From contig JAQCKO010000001.1 in assembly GCA_027592325.1 (NCBI GenBank), forward strand, positions 20,247 to 84,246: DNA of 64,000 nucleotides, written 5' to 3'. Below the pieces are notes generated by a model. The model was not told where the DNA came from, did not search any database, and saw nothing but the letters and a program-made list of their open reading frames with translations. This document shows, one piece after another, positions 60,093 to 64,000 of this stretch; the first letter of the stretch is position 1; each line of letters begins with the position of its first letter. Origin of the DNA: a bacterium. GTDB taxonomy: Bacteria > Patescibacteriota > Patescibacteriia > UBA9934. Position numbers and translations under genes: made by a program.

Positions 60093-61055
60093 ATGACCTT
60101 CGAAGAACACCTTCAATCTATCTTCCCTGGCCGGCTGAAAACAAATGAGTTGCTTGGAAAACATTTAAATTTTCGCATTGGCGGTCCTGCCCGATTTTTT
60201 GCTGAGGTAAAAACCGTCGAAGAGCTTGTCCATGCTATTCAGCTCTGTAAAGAACATGAGGTCGAATTCTTCGTACTTGGCGGAGGGTCGAATACGCTTG
60301 CAAGCGATGAAGGATTTGATGGCGTCGTCCTTAAGCTTGCTATGCGTGACATTGTAATCAACGGAACACATCTTGTTGCTGATGCTGGAGCAATATCTGC
60401 ATCTGTTGCGCGCAAAACGGCCGATGCTGGGCTTGCCGGATTCACTTGGGCCATCTCGCTCCCAGGAACCATAGGCGGTGCGATTCGTGGAAATGCTGGC
60501 TGTTTTGGAGGCGAAATGAAAGATACCGTGACCAAGGTGGAAGTGTATCGTGTTGGTCAGATTGTGGAACTCACCAATCGCGATTTAAAATTTGGATACC
60601 GAGATTCGTGGGTTAAACACTCAGACGATATTGTTCTGCGGGTCTACATGGAGCTGCAGAAAAGCAATCGTGAAGAACTTCTTGCCGAACTGAAAGCCAT
60701 TGTTGAAAAACGCAAAGCATCACAGCCACTTTATGCAGGAAGCGCCGGATGCATTTTCAAAAACTATGAGATAGATTCCGTCGAGGAGCTGAAACGGTTG
60801 AAGGCCTATGATGTCTTCCCCGAAGCCATGCTAGAAGCGCGTCGTATTTCGGCTGGCTGGGTGATTGACCAGCTGGACCTCAAAGGAAAGCAAATTGGCG
60901 GCGCGAAAGTAAGCGACGAGCATGGGAATTTCGTCGTAAATTTAGGCGATGCAACAGCAGATGACATTGTGCAACTTGTTGCGCTCATCAAAACAAAAGC
61001 GCGCAACACCTTCGGTATTCAGCTGCACGAGGAAATTAAGTACTTAGGGTTTTAG
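60093..61055 (+). CDS. murB: UDP-N-acetylenolpyruvoylglucosamine reductase
   Basis: FRIGGPA, LGGGSN.L, PGTIGGA..GNAG, SAGCIFKN, HGNF.VN. Confidence 0.96.
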   Translation: MTFEEHLQSIFPGRLKTNELLGKHLNFRIGGPARFFAEVKTVEELVHAIQLCKEHEVEFFVLGGGSNTLASDEGFDGVVLKLAMRDIVINGTHLVADAGAISASVARKTADAGLAGFTWAISLPGTIGGAIRGNAGCFGGEMKDTVTKVEVYRVGQIVELTNRDLKFGYRDSWVKHSDDIVLRVYMELQKSNREELLAELKAIVEKRKASQPLYAGSAGCIFKNYEIDSVEELKRLKAYDVFPEAMLEARRISAGWVIDQLDLKGKQIGGAKVSDEHGNFVVNLGDATADDIVQLVALIKTKARNTFGIQLHEEIKYLGF

Positions 61056-61081
61056 GTATGCAGCGCGATCCATGTCTTGCG

Positions 61082-61161
61082 TAGCTATTGGCGTAAGCTG
61101 TTAGTCCGGCAGCTTATCTACGATTAGTGCCGGATCCGGCTGAGTAAAACGACAGCCGGAC
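61082..61161 (+). repeat. ~80-nt structured repeat, copy A
   Basis: TAGCTATTGGCGTAAGCTGTTAGTCCGGCAGCT...CGACAGCCGGAC; inverted copy at 63721-63799. Confidence 0.85.
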
Positions 61162-61206
61162 TAGTAGCAAGTAGCCGAGCTTATCCTTCACTGCGTTCAG
61201 GAATGT

Positions 61207-61234
61207 ACAATTTCTCGAACGAATGTGAGAGATC
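61207..61234. repeat. 28-nt REP-like repeat
   Basis: ACAATTTCTCGAACGAATGTGAGAGATC, identical at 63639-63666; reverse-complement variant at 3674-3698. Confidence 0.85.
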
Positions 61235-61382
61235 TCTTCGTCACACCTGCGAAGTTAAGGATCCAGCGAATCGAACACGAAAAACGAGAGATTGCCACTT
61301 TGTTCACTCCTCGAAGTACAAATTACCGAAGGTTCTTGACCACAACCCACCACCTACAACCTAATCTCTAACCTATTCCAGT

Positions 61383-62639
61383 ATGCACATCAAACAAATC
61401 GACCCCGACATCACCAAATATCTCGAGGCTGAGCTGAATCGTCAGCGAGAAGGGCTTGAAATGATTCCATCTGAAAACTTTACCTCACGCGCCGTGCTTG
61501 AAGCACTTGGATCCGTTGCAACGAATAAATACGCAGAGGGCTATCCGGGACGGAGATACTATGGAGGATGTGAATTTATTGACAAGATTGAACAGCTTGC
61601 AATTGACCGCGCCAAGGAGCTCTTTGACGCGGAGCATGTGAATGTTCAACCGCTTTCAGGAGCACCGGCAAATATCGCGGTCTACGAAGCCCTGCTTGAA
61701 CCAGGCGATACCGTGCTTGGGATGGATCTTTCGCATGGCGGCCATCTCACCCACGGACATCCGGTGACGCAATCGGCCCACATCTATAACTTTATCCGCT
61801 ACAAAACGAATACCGAGGGAGTCATCGATCTTGATAATCTGCGTAAGATGGCGCTTGAACATAAACCGAAAATGATCTTAGTCGGGTATTCTGCCTACTC
61901 ACGTGAGATTGATTTTGAAGCCGTGAAAGCCATTGCCAATGAAGTTGGCGCCCTCACCATGGCTGATATCGCTCATATTGCCGGACTTATTGCCGGTGGC
62001 GTGATGAAAAATCCTGTGCCTATTTTTGATGTTGTCACAACAACCACACATAAATCCCTTCGCGGGCCGCGTGGTGGAATGATTCTTTGTAAAAAGCAAT
62101 TCGCGAAGGCCGTGAATAAGGCTGTCTTTCCGGGATTGCAAGGAGGACCTCATGAAAATGTGATAGCAGCGAAGGCTATTGCATTCAAAGAAGCGCTTTC
62201 ACCAGAGTTCAAAGTATATGCTGCACAAATCAAAGCAAATGCAAAAGCGCTTGAAGTGGTATTTATAGAAAATGGCTACAACATCATGTTCGGAAAAACC
62301 GAGAATCATCTGTTACTTGTTGATGTTATGAGTTCAAAGAATGTGACCGGTCAACAGGCAGAAGAAGCGCTCGATAAGGCTGGGATCACTGTGAATAAAA
62401 ATATGATCCCCGACGATCCTCGCAGTCCATTCGATCCTTCAGGAATTCGATTCGGTACCCCTGCCCTTACAACCCGCGGGATGAGAGAAGAGGAAATGAA
62501 ACAAATTGCGGGGTGGATGCATGAAGCAATTATCAATCATGAGGATGATGCCAAGCTCGCAGCAATTCGCGAAGATGTGAAGCAACTCACCGCCCGCTTC
62601 CCGCTGTATGAGGGATTGAGTTACGAAAGGGGGGAATAA
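61383..62639 (+). CDS. glyA: Serine hydroxymethyltransferase
   Basis: SENF, KYAEGYPGRRYYGG, GGHLTHG, TTTTHKSLRGPRGG. Confidence 0.98.
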   Translation: MHIKQIDPDITKYLEAELNRQREGLEMIPSENFTSRAVLEALGSVATNKYAEGYPGRRYYGGCEFIDKIEQLAIDRAKELFDAEHVNVQPLSGAPANIAVYEALLEPGDTVLGMDLSHGGHLTHGHPVTQSAHIYNFIRYKTNTEGVIDLDNLRKMALEHKPKMILVGYSAYSREIDFEAVKAIANEVGALTMADIAHIAGLIAGGVMKNPVPIFDVVTTTTHKSLRGPRGGMILCKKQFAKAVNKAVFPGLQGGPHENVIAAKAIAFKEALSPEFKVYAAQIKANAKALEVVFIENGYNIMFGKTENHLLLVDVMSSKNVTGQQAEEALDKAGITVNKNMIPDDPRSPFDPSGIRFGTPALTTRGMREEEMKQIAGWMHEAIINHEDDAKLAAIREDVKQLTARFPLYEGLSYERGE

Positions 62640-62710
62640 GCGAATATCACTTCCTACACTCCCATAATTCCTTTACTTTTCCCCTAATTTATCGTATTCT
62701 CGCCGCATCT

Positions 62711-63547
62711 ATGAGCGAGCTTTTACGAGGAACTCCGCTTGCAAAAGCGATCCGTCAAAAATTAAAAGAACGTATTTCAGGCCATGTGGAAACACCAGGA
62801 CTTGCAGCAATTTTGGTTGGCGACGATCCAGCTTCGCACCTCTACGTCAGCCTTAAAGAACGTGCAGCAAAGCAGGCGGGAATGTATTTTGAGCGCATTG
62901 AATTCCCTGCCGATATCACCCAAGGCAAGCTGATAAAAGCAGTGAAAAAGCTGAATGAACGTGATGATATTCACGGCATTTTAGTTCAGCTTCCCCTCCC
63001 CAATCAAAATGAAGACGCCGTGATTGCAGCCATTAATCCAAAGAAAGATGTTGATGGATTTCATAAAGAGAGCTTGAAGGCCCTCGAAAAAGGAGAACGG
63101 AGTTTAATTCCACCTGTCGCACTTGCGGTCATGCGTCTTGTACAAGCGAGCCAGCAACCGCTTCAGAATAAAACGGCCGTGGTGCTTTCGAATCATGAAA
63201 TTTTTGCGTCGCCGATTATCGAACTCATGAAAGAAGCAGGTGTGAGTGCGAGCTATTTGAACCCAAATAGCTCATCACTTGCCTCAAAAACACGTGCGGC
63301 AGATATTATCGTTATCGCCCTCGGTCGCGCAGGCTTCCTTACTCCGCACATGGTTGAACCAGGAGCAATCGTGATAGACGTTGGCACGAATGAAACGGAA
63401 GATGGCGTTGTTGGCGATATTGCGCCGGAGCTGATTGGCCATGCCGGTTTTGTAAGCCCCGTTCCCGGAGGCGTTGGTCCACTTACGGTCGCTTACCTTC
63501 TAAACAATGTCGTCCGAGCAATGTTGTTGCAGCGGGATAGTGATTAG
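62711..63547 (+). CDS. folD: Bifunctional methylene-THF dehydrogenase/cyclohydrolase
   Basis: VGDDPAS..YV, GILVQLPLP, KDVDGF, PVPGGVGPLT. Confidence 0.97.
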   Translation: MSELLRGTPLAKAIRQKLKERISGHVETPGLAAILVGDDPASHLYVSLKERAAKQAGMYFERIEFPADITQGKLIKAVKKLNERDDIHGILVQLPLPNQNEDAVIAAINPKKDVDGFHKESLKALEKGERSLIPPVALAVMRLVQASQQPLQNKTAVVLSNHEIFASPIIELMKEAGVSASYLNPNSSSLASKTRAADIIVIALGRAGFLTPHMVEPGAIVIDVGTNETEDGVVGDIAPELIGHAGFVSPVPGGVGPLTVAYLLNNVVRAMLLQRDSD

Positions 63548-63720
63548 GGTTTCAGGGGCTACAGCTCTCGGGTTTCAGCTTACAGGTATGGTGTAGATCT
63601 CGTCATTCCTGTACCAGCCTGACGGCAAACAGGAAATCACAATTTCTCGAACGAATGTGAGAGATCCATAATTACCGTCGCCCCATAAATCGAACCGAGT
63701 TCAGCGTTTATCATCATCCT

Positions 63721-63799
63721 GTCCGGCTGTCGCATTGCTCGCCGGATCTGGTACTTCTCAAAGATGAGCTGCCGGACTAACAGCTTACGCCAATAGCTA
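63721..63799 (-). repeat. ~80-nt structured repeat, copy B
   Basis: Reverse complement of 61082-61161; first 33 nt identical. Confidence 0.85.
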
Positions 63800-64000
63800 T
63801 CAAAGGAACGTCGACACAATTCCGAAGACCATAACGAGTGCTGCCAAAAACACCACCCACGTAGGAATCACCAAACAGCGCTTTGGGAGGCATACATGCC
63901 CCTTTGCCCGCTCGTATAAAAGAATGATTAATAGCCCTGTCGAGCTGACAAAAATCGATCCGGTAACGCCAATAACGCCAATAAAATCTCGCGCCCCAAG
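63800..64000 (-). CDS. C-terminus of a membrane permease (aromatic amino acid permease-like), partial
   Basis: Manual translation LGARDFIGVIGVTGSIF...LLIILLYERAK...LVMVFGIVSTFL*. Confidence 0.65.
   Translation of the reverse strand, partial: LGARDFIGVIGVTGSIFVSSTGLLIILLYERAKGHVCLPKRCLVIPTWVVFLAALVMVFGIVSTFL

Noticed and set aside
61082-61161. Integron attC site
   Set aside because: GTTAG is present but there is no proper RYYYAAC...GTTRRRY framing and no integrase
61056-61382. Glycine, THF or ZTP riboswitch upstream of glyA
   Set aside because: No recognisable consensus; the structured part recurs inverted at 63721, so it is a repeat
1-64000. CRISPR array or cas genes
   Set aside because: Repeats are dispersed, not regularly spaced, and no Cas-like ORF is present
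1-64000. Alternative genetic code (TGA = Gly)
   Set aside because: TGA terminates several genes at expected positions and conserved genes are uninterrupted

Overview
64 kb of a small-genome bacterium (code 11). The gene set suggests CPR/Patescibacteria (inference): RpoA without its alpha-CTD, a 589-aa AlaRS, a type IV pilus locus, VKOR plus thioredoxin, and a stand-alone riboflavin kinase. Contents in order: glycosyltransferases and flippase; infA-rpmJ-rpsM-rpsK-rpsD-rpoA-rplQ-rplM-rpsI; alaS, murJ, corA, era, dusB, rimK-like, murF, a PBP; a pilus cluster with a 941-aa pilin-adhesin; mltG, nth, gpmI, secF, secD (two parvulin domains inserted), trhO, secA, murC, murB, glyA, folD. I found no CRISPR array, rRNA or transposase. 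The most unusual region is 54.05-55.1 kb, a packed array of at least four promoter-to-terminator small non-coding RNA units. One unit carries two tandem tRNA-like cloverleaves with shrunken anticodon loops. Also notable: core genes look near-leaderless whereas scattered orphan single-gene cassettes carry strong Shine-Dalgarno sites; a REP-like palindrome is inserted in-frame in two proteins; and an ~80-nt structured repeat lies inverted on either side of glyA-folD. All calls come from reading the sequence by eye, with no database searches.
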